Assembly: GCA_963803435.1 (NCBI GenBank)
Contig: CAWDML010000001.1
Location: 704,001 to 768,000, forward strand
Length of the DNA: 64,000 bases
From: an uncultured delta proteobacterium
Lineage (GTDB): Bacteria; Myxococcota; Kuafuiibacteriia; Kuafuiibacteriales; Kuafuiibacteriaceae
Direction of reading: 5' to 3'
The translations under genes were made by a program, and so were the position numbers. Numbering within the stretch: position 1 is the stretch's first letter; every line of letters begins with the position of its first letter. Positions 20,834 to 32,507 of the stretch are shown here, in pieces. Under the pieces are notes generated by a model. The model did no database searches. It was not told the origin of the DNA and saw only the letters and a list, made by a program, of their open reading frames with translations.

Positions 20834-22789
20834 TCAGTCCCTCCCGGTACCTGCAACCAGAGTGCCGTCGCTCACGGTGGGTGCGGCCCTCTGCTCGATG
20901 AACGTCACGAGCTCGTTCCACGACTTCACGAACGACTTCGTCCCTTCGTCCTGGAGTCGCGCGGCGAGGGCATAGAGGTCGAAGCCGGCCGCGGTGAACG
21001 CGCTCAGCGTCTCCTCGCATCGCCCCCCATCGGCCGCGAGGAGCGTCCTTGTCCCCCCGCGTTCAACGACGGCCCTCAGCGTGGGCTCGGGTATGGTGAT
21101 CACCGTGAAGGGCGCGGTGAGCGCCTCGACGTACCTCAGGTCGGACGACCTCGGATCCTTGCTGCCGGTGCTGGCCCAGAGCAGTCGCTGCGGCCGCGCG
21201 CCCGCGTTGTAGATGCGCTGCCAACGCGGCGAGCGCAGGAGGCTGCGGTACGCCTGGTAGGTGCGCTCGGCCATCGCGATGCCGAGCTTCCCACGGAGCG
21301 CCTCCGGCACCCTGTCCGCGACGGCGGCGTCCCAGCGGCTGACGAACATGGAAGCCACCGAAGCGATGTCGGACCGGAGGCCCACCTCCAGGCGACGTTC
21401 GATCCCGCGCAGGAAAGCTTCCGCGACGGCGAGGTATTGCTCCCGGGAGAACAGCAGCGTGACGTTGACCGGGATCCCGCAGAAGATCGCCTCTTCGATG
21501 GCGGGGAGGCTCGCGGGCGTCCCGGGTATCTTGATCATCAGGTTTGGCCGGTTGGCCCGCGCGAAGAGCGCCTTGGCTGCTGCGAGCGTGACCCCAGGGT
21601 CGTGCGCGAGGACCGGCGATACCTCCAGCGAGACCCAGCCGTCGACGCCGGCGGTGCGATCGTAGACCGGTCGAAAGAGGTCCGCAGCCTGCCTCAGATC
21701 CTCGAGCGCCAGCTCGAAGAAGAGCTGTTCGCCCGACTTGTCAGGCCGAGCGCGCTCGGCGATGGCTGCCGCGTACGCCTCACCCTTCTTGATGGCCTGC
21801 TCGAAGATGGTTGGATTCGAGGTGAGGCCGGTGAGGCAGAGGTCTCGGATGGCGCGCTCGAGCGTGCCGGTGCGGAGCAGGTCGCGGGTGATATTGTCGA
21901 GCCAGACGCTCTGCCCGAGACGCTGGAGCCACGCGGTGGGCTTCACTCCAGGACCACCCGCCGGTTCGGCTCGTGGCAGGATGAACCGTTCGACTGCATT
22001 CGCGAAGCCTTCGTCTGCGAACGAGGTGGTCACCAACGTGGCCCGCCGTTTGACCTCGTCGCTCGCGTTGCCCATCGCGATGCTGAGCCCGCTCTTCTCG
22101 AACATCAGCACGTCGTTGGGTTGGTCGCCGAGCGTGGCGATGCGATCGAGCGGGATCTTGAGGTAGCGCGAGAGTCGGTCGATGACCACGCCCTTGTTCG
22201 CCGTCGGATGGGTCACGTCGAGGTAGTGCGGCTGCGAGCGCGCCGCCGACACCTGCGTCCCGAACGCCTCCTGAACCGCGGCCTCGCACGCGGCGACGCG
22301 CGCATGGTCTTCGCTCACGCCGACGATCTTCACCACGTCGGCCTGGACCTCGGCGAAGCTCGGAACCACGACCGGAGGCTGCTGGATGTTGGACGTCTCG
22401 CGGCTCACGCGCGGCGCCGCCTGCGAGCGCACGCACCAGTCCTTGGCCCGGAAGGCCCACACGTCGAGACCGTGCGATTCGATCATCTGGATGAGCGCCG
22501 GCACGAGGTACTCGGGCAGAAGACGCTCGTCGAGCAGCGAGAGATCGGGCAGCACGATGACCCCCCCATTGAAGGCGGCCATCGGCATCGTCAGATGGAG
22601 CGGCTCGACCAGCATCCGCATGCCGAACGGAGGACGACCGCTGGTGATGGTAAAGACGATCCCGCGTTCACGAAGGTCGTCGACCGCCCGGAGAACGCGC
22701 TCCGTGAGCACCTTGTCTTTGGTGACCAGCGTACCATCGACGTCGGCCAGGACCGCGGAGATCGGAGTGTCGGGGTACGGGCTAGACAT
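20834..22789 (-). CDS. Cof-type HAD phosphatase - transaldolase fusion
   Basis: N-terminal DVDGTL, TSGR, ANKG, GDQPND (HAD IIB); C-terminal [56 protein letters not shown]. Confidence 0.9.
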   Translation of the reverse strand: MSSPYPDTPISAVLADVDGTLVTKDKVLTERVLRAVDDLRERGIVFTITSGRPPFGMRMLVEPLHLTMPMAAFNGGVIVLPDLSLLDERLLPEYLVPALIQMIESHGLDVWAFRAKDWCVRSQAAPRVSRETSNIQQPPVVVPSFAEVQADVVKIVGVSEDHARVAACEAAVQEAFGTQVSAARSQPHYLDVTHPTANKGVVIDRLSRYLKIPLDRIATLGDQPNDVLMFEKSGLSIAMGNASDEVKRRATLVTTSFADEGFANAVERFILPRAEPAGGPGVKPTAWLQRLGQSVWLDNITRDLLRTGTLERAIRDLCLTGLTSNPTIFEQAIKKGEAYAAAIAERARPDKSGEQLFFELALEDLRQAADLFRPVYDRTAGVDGWVSLEVSPVLAHDPGVTLAAAKALFARANRPNLMIKIPGTPASLPAIEEAIFCGIPVNVTLLFSREQYLAVAEAFLRGIERRLEVGLRSDIASVASMFVSRWDAAVADRVPEALRGKLGIAMAERTYQAYRSLLRSPRWQRIYNAGARPQRLLWASTGSKDPRSSDLRYVEALTAPFTVITIPEPTLRAVVERGGTRTLLAADGGRCEETLSAFTAAGFDLYALAARLQDEGTKSFVKSWNELVTFIEQRAAPTVSDGTLVAGTGRD

Positions 22790-23819
22790 AGCGCCGCTCC
22801 ATCCGCTCCAGCGGGATCGGCTTGATCTTGCTCCCCTGGCCTGCACATCCGAAGACCTCGAAGCGCGAGAGGCAGACGCTCTGCGCGGCAGCGACGGCGG
22901 CGGCCAGATAGTGCCGCGGGTCGAAGTCTTCGGGGTCCTCGGCGAGGCTCCGGCGGATGGCGCCCGTCATGGCGAGGCGGATGTCGGTGTCGCTGTTCAC
23001 CTTTCGTACGCCGTAGCGGATGCCCTCCCGGATCTCTTCGAGCGGGACCCCGTAGGTCTCGCCGATCTCGCCGCCATACCTGCGGATCACCTCCAGCCAC
23101 TCCTGGGGAACCGAGCTCGCGCCGTGCATGACGAGGTGAGTGTCGGGGATGCGGGCGTGGATCTCCTTGATCCGGTCGATCGCGAGCATCTCTCCGGTCG
23201 GCTTTCTGGAGAACTTGTGTGCGCCGTGCGAGGTGCCGATCGCGATGGCCAGGGCGTCGACCCGCGTCTTCGCAACGAAGTCGGCGGCCTGCTCGGGATC
23301 GGTGAGCAGCTGGTCGCGCGACAGCTTCCCGACGGCGCCGGAGCCATCCTCGACGCCGGCTCGGCCGGTCTCGAGCGAACCGAGGCAACCGAGCTCGCCC
23401 TCGACGGAGACTCCGACCGTATGGGCCATCTCGGCGACCTTGGTCGTGGTTTCGACGTTGTACTCGTACGTGGCGGGCGTCTTCATGTCGGGCATCAATG
23501 AACCGTCCATCATCACCGACGTGAACCCGGAGCGGATCGACGCGAGGCAGACCTGCGGGCTCGCGCCGTGATCCTGGTGGAAGACCACCGGAGTGTCCGG
23601 GTACGCCTCCACCGCTGCGAGCGCGAGATGGCGTAGAAACGGCTCCCCTGCGTACTTTCTGGCGCCTGCCGAAGCTTGCAGGATGACGGGGCTGTCGGTC
23701 TTGGCGGCCGCAGACATGATGGCCTGGATTTGCTCCAGATTGTTCATGTTGAACGCGGGGACACCGTAGTCGTGCTCAGCCGCGTGATCGAGCAATTGAC
23801 GCAAGGAAACGAACGCCAT
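22782..23819 (-). CDS. fba: Class II fructose-bisphosphate aldolase (CbbA-like subtype)
   Basis: [52 protein letters not shown]. Confidence 0.95.
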   Translation of the reverse strand: MAFVSLRQLLDHAAEHDYGVPAFNMNNLEQIQAIMSAAAKTDSPVILQASAGARKYAGEPFLRHLALAAVEAYPDTPVVFHQDHGASPQVCLASIRSGFTSVMMDGSLMPDMKTPATYEYNVETTTKVAEMAHTVGVSVEGELGCLGSLETGRAGVEDGSGAVGKLSRDQLLTDPEQAADFVAKTRVDALAIAIGTSHGAHKFSRKPTGEMLAIDRIKEIHARIPDTHLVMHGASSVPQEWLEVIRRYGGEIGETYGVPLEEIREGIRYGVRKVNSDTDIRLAMTGAIRRSLAEDPEDFDPRHYLAAAVAAAQSVCLSRFEVFGCAGQGSKIKPIPLERMERRYV

Positions 23820-23888
23820 GGGTGACCTCTCGCTGTGAAGCTCGCATGCTCCGTGCCACGAGATGAGCTCGGCCCGCGCTGGGCGCCG

Positions 23889-24965
23889 TCACGCCGCTTG
23901 GAGGAGCGTGCGAGCAATCCGCGCCATCTCCGCGGACTCGTCGACAGCAATGACCCAAGCCGACGCCTGACTGTTCGTCCTGGTGATCGGCTCGTCCGCG
24001 GCGTTCGCCGCGTTCTTCGCCTCGTCGAGGTCGAGCCCCAGCCATGAGAACGGCTCGACAATCCGCTTCCGCACCTCGGCGGCGTTCTCTCCGACGCCGC
24101 CCCCGAACACGACAGCGTCGAGACCACCGAGGACGGCAGCGAACGCGCCGATGACCTTGCGCACGCGATGGCAATAGAGATCGAGCGCCAGCATCGCGTG
24201 GGCGTCCTGAGTCTCGGCGAGTCGTAACACCTCGGGCATGGCGCTGTGGCCGCACACGCCGACGAGGCCGGCGCGCTCGTTGATCATGCGGTCGAGCTCG
24301 TCGGCCGAATAGCCCCGCGTGCGCAAGAGGTGAACGATGAGCCCCGGGTCGACGTCGCCGGAGCGGCTCGCCATCATCAGCCCCTCGGAGGGCGAGAAGC
24401 CCATGGACGTGTCGAGGGCTCGACCCTCCCTGACGGCCGTGGCCGAGCAGCCTGCCCCGAGCTGAAGGGTGACGAGACGCCGGGGCCTCCGCGGGTCGAG
24501 CTCGAGAGAGCGGCGGGCCATGAAGGCGTGCGCGAGCCCATGAAAGCCGTAGCGGCGTCCTTTGACCTCGGGAGGCAGCGCATACCTCGCGGCCGGCTCG
24601 GGCAGGTCGGCGAAGAAGGCGGTATCGAGGGCCGCAATCTGGGGCACGTTCGGTCCAAAGGCAGTTCGAGCGGCCGCGAGGTAGCGGAGCGCGAGGGCGT
24701 TGTGAAGGGGCGCGAGGGGGCTCGCCTCGCGGATCGCGGCCTCGACGGAGGAGCAGATGAAGGCATGCCGCTGCAGGTCCCCTGCGTGGACGATGCGGTG
24801 TGCAACGGCGTCGACTCGCCCCAAGGGTGCTGCGAACGCAGCGAGATCGACATGGTCGTCCCGGTCGAACCTTTGCGTGGAGAGCGCCCAATCCCCGGCC
24901 CACACCGTGACCTTCACGGAGGAGCTGCCCGTGTTGACCAGGAGCAAGCGCAGCTCGTCCATCAT
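23889..24965 (-). CDS. ackA: Acetate kinase
   Basis: VNTGSSSVK, HRIVHAG, APLHN, RRYGFHG, DTSMGFSP.EGL, FGGGVGEN. Confidence 0.9.
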   Translation of the reverse strand: MMDELRLLLVNTGSSSVKVTVWAGDWALSTQRFDRDDHVDLAAFAAPLGRVDAVAHRIVHAGDLQRHAFICSSVEAAIREASPLAPLHNALALRYLAAARTAFGPNVPQIAALDTAFFADLPEPAARYALPPEVKGRRYGFHGLAHAFMARRSLELDPRRPRRLVTLQLGAGCSATAVREGRALDTSMGFSPSEGLMMASRSGDVDPGLIVHLLRTRGYSADELDRMINERAGLVGVCGHSAMPEVLRLAETQDAHAMLALDLYCHRVRKVIGAFAAVLGGLDAVVFGGGVGENAAEVRKRIVEPFSWLGLDLDEAKNAANAADEPITRTNSQASAWVIAVDESAEMARIARTLLQAA

Positions 24966-25585
24966 CGGAGGTCTCCGGGCGCGCGTCCCGAATCGAAGGA
25001 CTCGACGACGGGAGCGTTCCAGATCTTGATGGCGGGCGCTCCGCGATAGTAGTCGAGGACGTCGAGCGTTCCTGTATCGAGCAGGAAGTGCTGACCGGCG
25101 CCCGGCGGGAGCCCGATCCAGCGCGCGCCCAGCACCCGCAAGAGATGTCCGTGCGCGAAGAGCACGACGTCACCCTCGACTTCCCGGACGCGCGCTATCA
25201 CGCGGTCGACACGTGCGCCGACGTCGGCTGGACCTTCGCCCTCGGGGCAACCGTCGCGGAAGATCGACCAACCCGGGTTGGTGGCGTGGATCTGCGACGG
25301 GGTCAGTCCCTCGTACTCGCCATAGTTCCATTCGACGAGGTCGGGATCGATCTGGGCCGAGTCGCCGAGCCCGCACAGCTCGCACGTCTCCCGCGCACGA
25401 ACGAGAGGGCTCGTCAGCGCGAGCGCATACGACTGGCGGCTCAGCACCGGCCGGAGCGCACGTGCCAGTGCGCGCCCCGTTTCGGTGAGTGCGATGTCGG
25501 TGGTGCCGGTGTGCTGCCCGCTCCGGCTCCAGGCTGTCTCGCCGTGCCTCACGGCGAAGACCCGGCCTCGTGTGCTCTTCGCCAT
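24962..25585 (-). CDS. Histidine phosphatase, Shb17/Rv3214(Gpm2)-like (candidate FBPase/SBPase)
   Basis: RHGETAWSRSGQHTGTTD, EWNYGEYEG, WSIFRDGCPEGE, FAHGH; start ATG 25585 chosen. Confidence 0.85.
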   Translation of the reverse strand: MAKSTRGRVFAVRHGETAWSRSGQHTGTTDIALTETGRALARALRPVLSRQSYALALTSPLVRARETCELCGLGDSAQIDPDLVEWNYGEYEGLTPSQIHATNPGWSIFRDGCPEGEGPADVGARVDRVIARVREVEGDVVLFAHGHLLRVLGARWIGLPPGAGQHFLLDTGTLDVLDYYRGAPAIKIWNAPVVESFDSGRAPGDLR

Positions 25586-25601
25586 CGTGCATGGCCCTCG
25601 G

Positions 25602-28019
25602 TCACCGCTCCGGCTTGCTACCCTCCGGGAAGGTCCAATCGTCGACGTCGGGCTTGTCGGCGCCAAACTCGTACGCGTAGTTCTGGCACTCGATCTGAGC
25701 GTTCCGCAGCTTCTCCTTGGCGTGAATACCGACGCGTTGGAGCGCGGGCACGTGATCGATGACGTCCATGGCCAGCGTGAATCGGTCGATCCGGTTCTGG
25801 ATGGCGAGATCGAGCGGAGTGTTGATATTTCCCCTCTCCCGGTAGCCTCGCACGTGGATGTTGTGATGGTTCGTCCGCCCGTAGGTCATGCGGTGGATCA
25901 GCCAGGGATAGCCGTGGAAGTTGAAGATCACCGGCTTGTCGGTCGTGAAGATGCTGTCGAAGTCGCGGTCCGGGAGTCCGTGCGGATGCTCCTCGGACGA
26001 GCTCAGCCGATAGAGGTCCACCACGTTGACGAAGCGGATCTTGAGCTCCGGGAAGCTCTCGCGGAGGAGCGCCACCGCCGCCAACGACTCCTTGGTGGGT
26101 ATGTCGCCGGCGCAGGCCATCACGACGTCGGGCTCCATGCCTTGGTCGGTGCTCGCCTTGTCCCAGACGCTGATGCCCTTGGTACAGTGCGCGATCGCTT
26201 CGTCGATGTTCAGATACTGCAGATGCTTCTGTTTGTCGCAGACGATGACGTTGACGTAGTCGGTGCTGCGCAAGCAATGATCGGCGACCGAAAGCAGCGT
26301 ATTGACGTCGGGCGGCAGATAGATGCGGCACACCTTGGGATCTTTGTTGAGCACGACATCGAGAAACCCGGGATCCTGATGCGTGAACCCGTTGTGATCC
26401 TGACGCCAGACCGTGGAGGTGAGGAGGAGGTTCAGCGAAGACACCGGTGCTCGCCACCCCTGCTCGCGGCTCATTGCGAGCCACTTGGCGTGCATGTTGA
26501 ACATCGAATCGATGACGTGCGCGAAGGCCTCGTAGGTGGAGAAGAAGCCGTGTCGGCCCGTGAGGAGGTAGCCCTCGAGCCATCCCTCGAGCGTGTGCTC
26601 CGACAGCATCTCGAGGACGCGCCCATCCGGCGCGAGTTGCCCTCCGTCCGCGTCCTCCGGGAGATAGTCCGCCAGCCACAATTTCTTGCTGGCCTCGTAG
26701 ATGGCGGTGAGGCGGTTCGAGGCGTTCTCATCGGGACAGAACACCCGGAAGTTCTCCATGTTGCTGCGCATGACGTCGCGCAGGAGCAGACCGAGCGGCT
26801 TGGTATTCTCGGCCATCACCTGTCCGGGCTGCTCCACGTGGATGGCGTACTTGCGGAAATCCGGCATGCGGAGCGGCCTCCGCAGGAGACCGCCGTTGGC
26901 GTGCGGATTGGACCCCATGCGGCGTCGACCTTGGGGCGACAGCGCTCTCAGCTCCGGGCGCAGGCGACCCCTCTCGTCGAACAGCTCGTCGGGCCGGTAG
27001 CTCCTCATCCAGTCCTCGAGCTGCTTGAGGTGCGCCGGGTTCTCGTGCATGCCCGAGAGCGGAACCTGGTGCGAGCGCCATGAGCCCTCCACCTTGTGGC
27101 CGTCCACCTCGCGGGGACCGGTCCACCCCTTGGGGGTCCGCAGGACGATCATCGGCCAGCGCGGTCGGACCGGCTTTCCGCTTCCCCGGGCTTCTTTCTG
27201 GATCCGCCGGATCTCGAGCACGCAGTCCTCGAGCGTGGCAGCCATCAGCTGATGGACGACCGCGGGGTCGTCGCCCTCCACGAAGTGGGGCGCCCATCCG
27301 TAGCCGCGCATCAAGCTCTCCAGCTCCTCGCGCGAGATGCGTGCGAGCAGGGTCGGATTGGCGATCTTGTAGCCGTTGAGGTTCAGGATCGGGAGCACCG
27401 CTCCGTCGCGGATCGGGTTCAGGAACTTGGTCGAGTGCCACGCCGTGGCGAGGGGCCCGGTCTCAGACTCTCCGTCGCCCACCTCCACCGCCACGAGTAA
27501 TTCCGGGTTGTCGAATGCGGCCCCGAACGCATGGGAGAGGCTGTAGCCCAGCTCGCCGCCCTCATGAATGGAGCCGGGCGTCTCGGGCGTGCAGTGACTC
27601 CCGATGCCGCCCGGGAACGAGAATTCGCGGAAGAGATCGAGCATGCCCTCAGCATCTTCGCCCTTGTTGGGGTAGATCTCGGAGTAGGAGCCCTCCAGAT
27701 ATACGGGTGCCAGGACACCCGGTGCGCCGTGGCCGGACCCGGCGAGAAAGATCGCGTCGAGGTCGTACTTGTTGATCAGGCGATTGAGGTGAACGTAGAT
27801 CAAGCTCAGGGCAGGGCTTGCGCCCCAATGTCCGAGCAGGCGCTGCTTCACGTCCTCGGCCCGCAGCGGCTCGCGGAGCAGAGGATTCGAGCGCAGATAG
27901 ATCATCCCCACCGCCAAGTAATTGCACGCTCGCCAGTACGCGTGCATCTTGCGCAGCTCATCGGGCGACAGGCGCTCGGATTGGGTGCTTTGAATCTTGG
28001 CAGTGTTCGAACGAGTCAT
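25602..28019 (-). CDS. xfp: Phosphoketolase (xylulose-5-P/fructose-6-P)
   Basis: [58 protein letters not shown]. Confidence 0.97.
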   Translation of the reverse strand: MTRSNTAKIQSTQSERLSPDELRKMHAYWRACNYLAVGMIYLRSNPLLREPLRAEDVKQRLLGHWGASPALSLIYVHLNRLINKYDLDAIFLAGSGHGAPGVLAPVYLEGSYSEIYPNKGEDAEGMLDLFREFSFPGGIGSHCTPETPGSIHEGGELGYSLSHAFGAAFDNPELLVAVEVGDGESETGPLATAWHSTKFLNPIRDGAVLPILNLNGYKIANPTLLARISREELESLMRGYGWAPHFVEGDDPAVVHQLMAATLEDCVLEIRRIQKEARGSGKPVRPRWPMIVLRTPKGWTGPREVDGHKVEGSWRSHQVPLSGMHENPAHLKQLEDWMRSYRPDELFDERGRLRPELRALSPQGRRRMGSNPHANGGLLRRPLRMPDFRKYAIHVEQPGQVMAENTKPLGLLLRDVMRSNMENFRVFCPDENASNRLTAIYEASKKLWLADYLPEDADGGQLAPDGRVLEMLSEHTLEGWLEGYLLTGRHGFFSTYEAFAHVIDSMFNMHAKWLAMSREQGWRAPVSSLNLLLTSTVWRQDHNGFTHQDPGFLDVVLNKDPKVCRIYLPPDVNTLLSVADHCLRSTDYVNVIVCDKQKHLQYLNIDEAIAHCTKGISVWDKASTDQGMEPDVVMACAGDIPTKESLAAVALLRESFPELKIRFVNVVDLYRLSSSEEHPHGLPDRDFDSIFTTDKPVIFNFHGYPWLIHRMTYGRTNHHNIHVRGYRERGNINTPLDLAIQNRIDRFTLAMDVIDHVPALQRVGIHAKEKLRNAQIECQNYAYEFGADKPDVDDWTFPEGSKPER

Positions 28020-28054
28020 TCGTCATCTCCTCGGATTGAATCAACCCACGCTGA

Positions 28055-29053
28055 TCAGATCATCGCCTTGGCCTTCATCCACCGCCACGCCCAGCGGGCA
28101 GCACCGAGGAGGGCGGTCTTGTCATTCATGATGATCCGCACGGGAATCTGTGCGAGCAGTGGACTCAGACGGCCCTTGTCGAGGTAAGCGTTCAGGAATG
28201 TTTTTCCTCGCAACCTCGTCACGATCTTCGGAGCGATCCCACCGCCGAGGTACACCCCGGCCGTCGCCATGAATTGGAGCGCGACATTACCGGCGACGGC
28301 CCCATAGAGGGAGACGAAGAGCTCGACGGCGTGCTCTGCCAGCGGGCACTCGCTGGACGCCCGGAAGATCTGGGCGGCGCGATCGCCGGTCGACAACCTC
28401 TCCGCCAACCACTCGGGTTCTTCATCCCGTGCGGTATCCTTCAAGAACGAATAGATGTTGAAAAGACCGGGACCCGAGAGAGCTCGCTCGCAACTCACTC
28501 TCTTACCCAACTTGTCCACGAGATATTCGAGCAGCGCGATTTCCAATTTGTTCCGCGGCGCGAAGTCCGCGTGGCCACCTTCACTGGGTATGGGGATGTA
28601 CTCATCGCCCATCCAGACGATGGCGACCTGCCCGAGCCCGGTGCCAGCGGAAACGAGTGCTGCCGTCGTCGTCCGCACGGCGTGCCCCGGATTCAGCTCG
28701 ACGAAGTCCGTGCCGGAAAGGGATGGAATGCCCCAGGCGTTGGCTTCGAGGTCGTTGATCAGACCCACCTCCGGCACCGCCAGGTAATCGCTCAATTCGC
28801 GCGCATCGACCGCCCAGGGGAGATTGGTGAGCACCGCCCGCCCGTTCTTGACCGGACCGGCGACGCCCACGCACGCGGCATCGATCCTTGCCGGATGAGC
28901 CGCCAGAAAGGTTGCGATGATCTGCTCCAGACTCGCGTACGCACCGCTAGCGAATTTCTCGAACACTCTCGATCTCGAGCGTGGCCCCGCGCCGTCGGCA
29001 TCGACGAGCGCGAGACGCGTGTTGGTCCCGCCGACATCGATGCCCAAGATCAT
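28055..29053 (-). CDS. glk: Glucokinase
   Basis: GIDVGGTNTR, GVAGPV, LINDLEA, AGTGLG, SEGGH, YLGGGIAPKI. Confidence 0.92.
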   Translation of the reverse strand: MILGIDVGGTNTRLALVDADGAGPRSRSRVFEKFASGAYASLEQIIATFLAAHPARIDAACVGVAGPVKNGRAVLTNLPWAVDARELSDYLAVPEVGLINDLEANAWGIPSLSGTDFVELNPGHAVRTTTAALVSAGTGLGQVAIVWMGDEYIPIPSEGGHADFAPRNKLEIALLEYLVDKLGKRVSCERALSGPGLFNIYSFLKDTARDEEPEWLAERLSTGDRAAQIFRASSECPLAEHAVELFVSLYGAVAGNVALQFMATAGVYLGGGIAPKIVTRLRGKTFLNAYLDKGRLSPLLAQIPVRIIMNDKTALLGAARWAWRWMKAKAMI

Positions 29054-29375
29054 GGGTGGACCACTCGGGTGTCGGCCGCGCAGCGCCGACGCCGCGCGCG
29101 TTTGTCTGCGGTGTGGCTCATAGAACTTACTTCGACCAACGGCTTCCGTCCTTGTGAGAAGCCGGTTGCACGGGCTGGGCCGCGTAACCGCCAAGCCCGC
29201 GGGCCTCGAAGCCGGCCTGCTTCGGCCCCACCGAGCACGGCGCGAGTCGGTTCCGCGCCAGAGCGCCCGGACTCGACGATCACGCCGCGGCGATCGAGCG
29301 AAGCCGCTTGTTGTAATGACGGTGACGAATCGGCGGCTCAGGTTCCAAGCGAAGCGCGCAATGAGGAAGCGACGC

Positions 29376-30221
29376 TCATCTCGACGCGGCCGTGTCCTGA
29401 CACCAGTGATGGACGACGTAGAGGTAAGGGAACAGCGCGAGCGCCCGGACGATCAGATAGCACGCCATGGCCTCGACGATCTCGACGTTCGGATAGCTGT
29501 AGGCGACGACGGCCAGGGCGAGCGCAGGATTGCCCAGGACGGCGATCGACGCGAGCGTCCTGCTGTCATCGAGCCGAGGACCTCCTGCGAGGTGCGCGAC
29601 CGCTGCAGATACGAGCACGACGACGAGCACGGCGAGTATGGCCCACGGGCTGACCTCGAGCAGCACGGGCACGCCGAGGCGGAGCACCAACCCGAGCGCC
29701 ACCACCAACCCAACCCAGAAGACGGCCCGCACCACCCGTTCGAGCTTCCGGGCGGTGCGCGGCCAGCATGCGGCCATGGCCATGCCCGCAAGGAGAGGAA
29801 GGATGAGCTTCACCAGAATGATCGTCGCAAGGGTCCCTGGTTGGACGGCGAGCTCGATCGGAAAGACCCGCTCGAGCACCTCGATCCACAGGGGGACCGT
29901 GAGCGGAGCCAGGAACGACACCGTTGCGAGGATGACCACTGCCGTCGACCGGCCGCCGAGCGGATGAAGCGCGATGGGCGCGCCGGGACACGCGGCCATC
30001 AGACCGATGATGACGGCAGCCAGACGGCTGAGCGGAAGCGTCCACACCACGGCGATCGCCAGCACCGGTACCACCAGCTCCAGCACCAACAGCGCGCGAA
30101 AGATCAGCCGTCGCTCCACCCACGTCTTGCGTAGATCCGCCGCAGTCGTGCGAAGCCCGATCGCGAACACCAGCACGACAACGACGTTCTCCACGAGAAA
30201 GGCCATGGCACCCGAGCCCAT
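29376..30221 (-). CDS. Bile acid:sodium symporter (BASS)-like membrane protein
   Basis: ~9 hydrophobic segments, FAIGL, LMAACPGAP, NPALAL. Confidence 0.75.
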   Translation of the reverse strand: MGSGAMAFLVENVVVVLVFAIGLRTTAADLRKTWVERRLIFRALLVLELVVPVLAIAVVWTLPLSRLAAVIIGLMAACPGAPIALHPLGGRSTAVVILATVSFLAPLTVPLWIEVLERVFPIELAVQPGTLATIILVKLILPLLAGMAMAACWPRTARKLERVVRAVFWVGLVVALGLVLRLGVPVLLEVSPWAILAVLVVVLVSAAVAHLAGGPRLDDSRTLASIAVLGNPALALAVVAYSYPNVEIVEAMACYLIVRALALFPYLYVVHHWCQDTAASR

Positions 30222-30459
30222 CGAGGTGCATTTGGAGTGCCTTGGTCATGGGTCCGCGAACGAAGTCGCGACCGCGCCCGAGGAAATCGATCGGACTCGC
30301 GACCGCCGAGTCGATGATCCCGCTGGAATGGAAGCTGCAGCCCGGAGCTCCCGTCACCTGAGCTGATTTGGCCGCCCGATCATCAAAAGAGCACGGCGTT
30401 CGCTCGCTCACCGCCGCGGACGGTGCGCAACTCGAAAGCGAGGCGGCAGGAGGATTGAA

Positions 30460-32277
30460 ATGGCTTCGCTCATCGAAGACTACGGCTTGATCGGCAACCT
30501 CAACACCGCCGCGCTCGTCTCGAGCAACGGCTCCATCGACTGGCTTTGTGCGCCACGCTTCGATTCGGACGCATGCTTCTCGGCCGTCGTCGGCTACGAC
30601 ACGCACGGCCGCTGGGCGATCAATCCAACGGTCCCCGTCCGGGAGCGTCGCCCGCGATACCGCGGCGACACGCTCATTCTCGAGACCGAAGTCGTGTGCG
30701 ACGGCGGCGCTGTTCGGCTCATCGACTTCATGCCCATCGCCGACGGTCAGTGCCAGATCGTGCGCCTCGTCGAGGGCCTGGAAGGCGAAGTCCCGCTCGA
30801 GATGATGCTCGACGTTCGCTTCGGCTACGGCGCGAATACGCCCTGGCTGAGGCCCCTCGAGGGCGGCTATTCCTTCACCGCGGGTCCGGATGCCGCCTTC
30901 TTGCGGTCGGAGGTCGAGGTCGAGCCGGGGGACGGCGGTGTCAGCGCCTACTTCACGGTGAAGAAGGGCGAACGGAGGAGGTTCACGCTCAGCGTGAGTC
31001 CTTCGCACCTCGCCGATCCGCCCCCGGTCGATCCTGAGCGTGCGCTCGACGAGACCGAGCGCTACTGGCGAGAGTGGGCGGGCCGCTGCACCTACGTTGG
31101 GCCCTACCGTGACGCCGTGCTGCGCTCGCTCATCACGCTCAAGGCGCTCACCTACGCTCCGACCGGAGCGATCATCGCGGCACCGACCACCTCGTTGCCC
31201 GAGGCCTTGGGAGGGGTCCGCAACTGGGACTACCGCTTCTGCTGGTTGCGCGACACGAGCCTCACATTGAGCGCGCTGGTGCTGGGCGGCTACGTCGAGG
31301 AGGCCACGGCGTTCCGAGACTGGCTCTTGCGCGCCGTCGCCGGGAACCCGCGCGAGACGCAGATCATGTACGACATCAATGGGGGACGCCGGCTGACCGA
31401 GTTCGAGCTCGACTGGCTCCCTGGTTACGAGGACTCGAAGCCGGTGCGCATCGGCAATGCGGCCTCGGACCAGCTGCAGCTCGACGTCTTTGGCGAGGTG
31501 CTCGCAGCCGCCTACCTCGCGCGCAAGGCAGGCCTCCCTGCCCGCCCGGAGGCGTTTCCGGCTCGGCAGGCGCTGGTCCAATACGTGAGCGAAATCTGGC
31601 AACAACCCGACGACGGGATCTGGGAGGTCCGCAGCGGCCGCCGCCACTTCACGTACTCGAAGATCATGGCCTGGGTAGCGATCGACCGGGCGGTGCGACT
31701 CATCGAAGAGTTCGGGGACGGCGGCGCGGCCGGGGCCGAGCTCTTGCCGCGGCTGTCGGCACTGCGAAGCCGCATTCACGAGGAGATCTGTGCGAGGGGC
31801 TTCCACCCCGGCGTCGGCGCGTTCACGCAGTCCTACGGGAGCGCGGCGCTCGATGCCAGCGTGCTGCTCATGCCGCACATGGGCTTCCTGCCGGCTCACG
31901 ACCCGCGCGTGCAGGGGACGGTGCGCGCCGTCGAGCGCACCTTGCTGCGCGACGGCTTCGTCTTGCGTTACCAGACGGGTGAGCAAACGGACGGTCTGCC
32001 GGGGAGCGAAGGTGCGTTCCTCGCCTGCACCTTCTGGTTGGCCGACAACTACGCCTTTGCGGGGCGCGTCGACGAGGCGCAGGAGCTCTTCGAGCGGCTG
32101 CTGTCGCTTCGTACCCCACTCGGACTGCTCGCCGAGGAGTACGAGCCCTCCTTGCACCGACTCATCGGCAACTTCCCGCAAGGCTTCTCGCACCTCGCGC
32201 TCATCACCTCGGCGAGCGTGCTCGACGCAGCGATCCGTGGGGAGCGGGCGTCAGAGACCAGGCGTCCCGCCGCCTAG
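30460..32277 (+). CDS. Glycoside hydrolase family 15 (glucoamylase/trehalase-like)
   Basis: IEDYGLIGN, GSIDWLCAPRFDS, AAPTTSLPE, RNWDYRFCWLRD, QLDVFGE, GIWEVR, GLLAEE, GNFPQGFSH. Confidence 0.95.
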   Translation: MASLIEDYGLIGNLNTAALVSSNGSIDWLCAPRFDSDACFSAVVGYDTHGRWAINPTVPVRERRPRYRGDTLILETEVVCDGGAVRLIDFMPIADGQCQIVRLVEGLEGEVPLEMMLDVRFGYGANTPWLRPLEGGYSFTAGPDAAFLRSEVEVEPGDGGVSAYFTVKKGERRRFTLSVSPSHLADPPPVDPERALDETERYWREWAGRCTYVGPYRDAVLRSLITLKALTYAPTGAIIAAPTTSLPEALGGVRNWDYRFCWLRDTSLTLSALVLGGYVEEATAFRDWLLRAVAGNPRETQIMYDINGGRRLTEFELDWLPGYEDSKPVRIGNAASDQLQLDVFGEVLAAAYLARKAGLPARPEAFPARQALVQYVSEIWQQPDDGIWEVRSGRRHFTYSKIMAWVAIDRAVRLIEEFGDGGAAGAELLPRLSALRSRIHEEICARGFHPGVGAFTQSYGSAALDASVLLMPHMGFLPAHDPRVQGTVRAVERTLLRDGFVLRYQTGEQTDGLPGSEGAFLACTFWLADNYAFAGRVDEAQELFERLLSLRTPLGLLAEEYEPSLHRLIGNFPQGFSHLALITSASVLDAAIRGERASETRRPAA

Positions 32278-32507
32278 GTGAGGTCCTCGCCTTGCCCGAG
32301 CAAACGGTGATCGGCAGGCGCGGAATCAGCGACCGGAGTCGCCGCACCGCAAGATCGAGGGCATGCCCCTTCGAGGATGCTGTTGGTTCAAGTCGGCGCG
32401 CGCGCGATGAGCCCGTTCGTGGAAATCCTCGGACCGGCGCTCCGCCCCGCCAATGACACTACCATGAGCCGTGTTGTCGAGCGGGACGCCTGGCGTTAGG
32501 ACCAACC

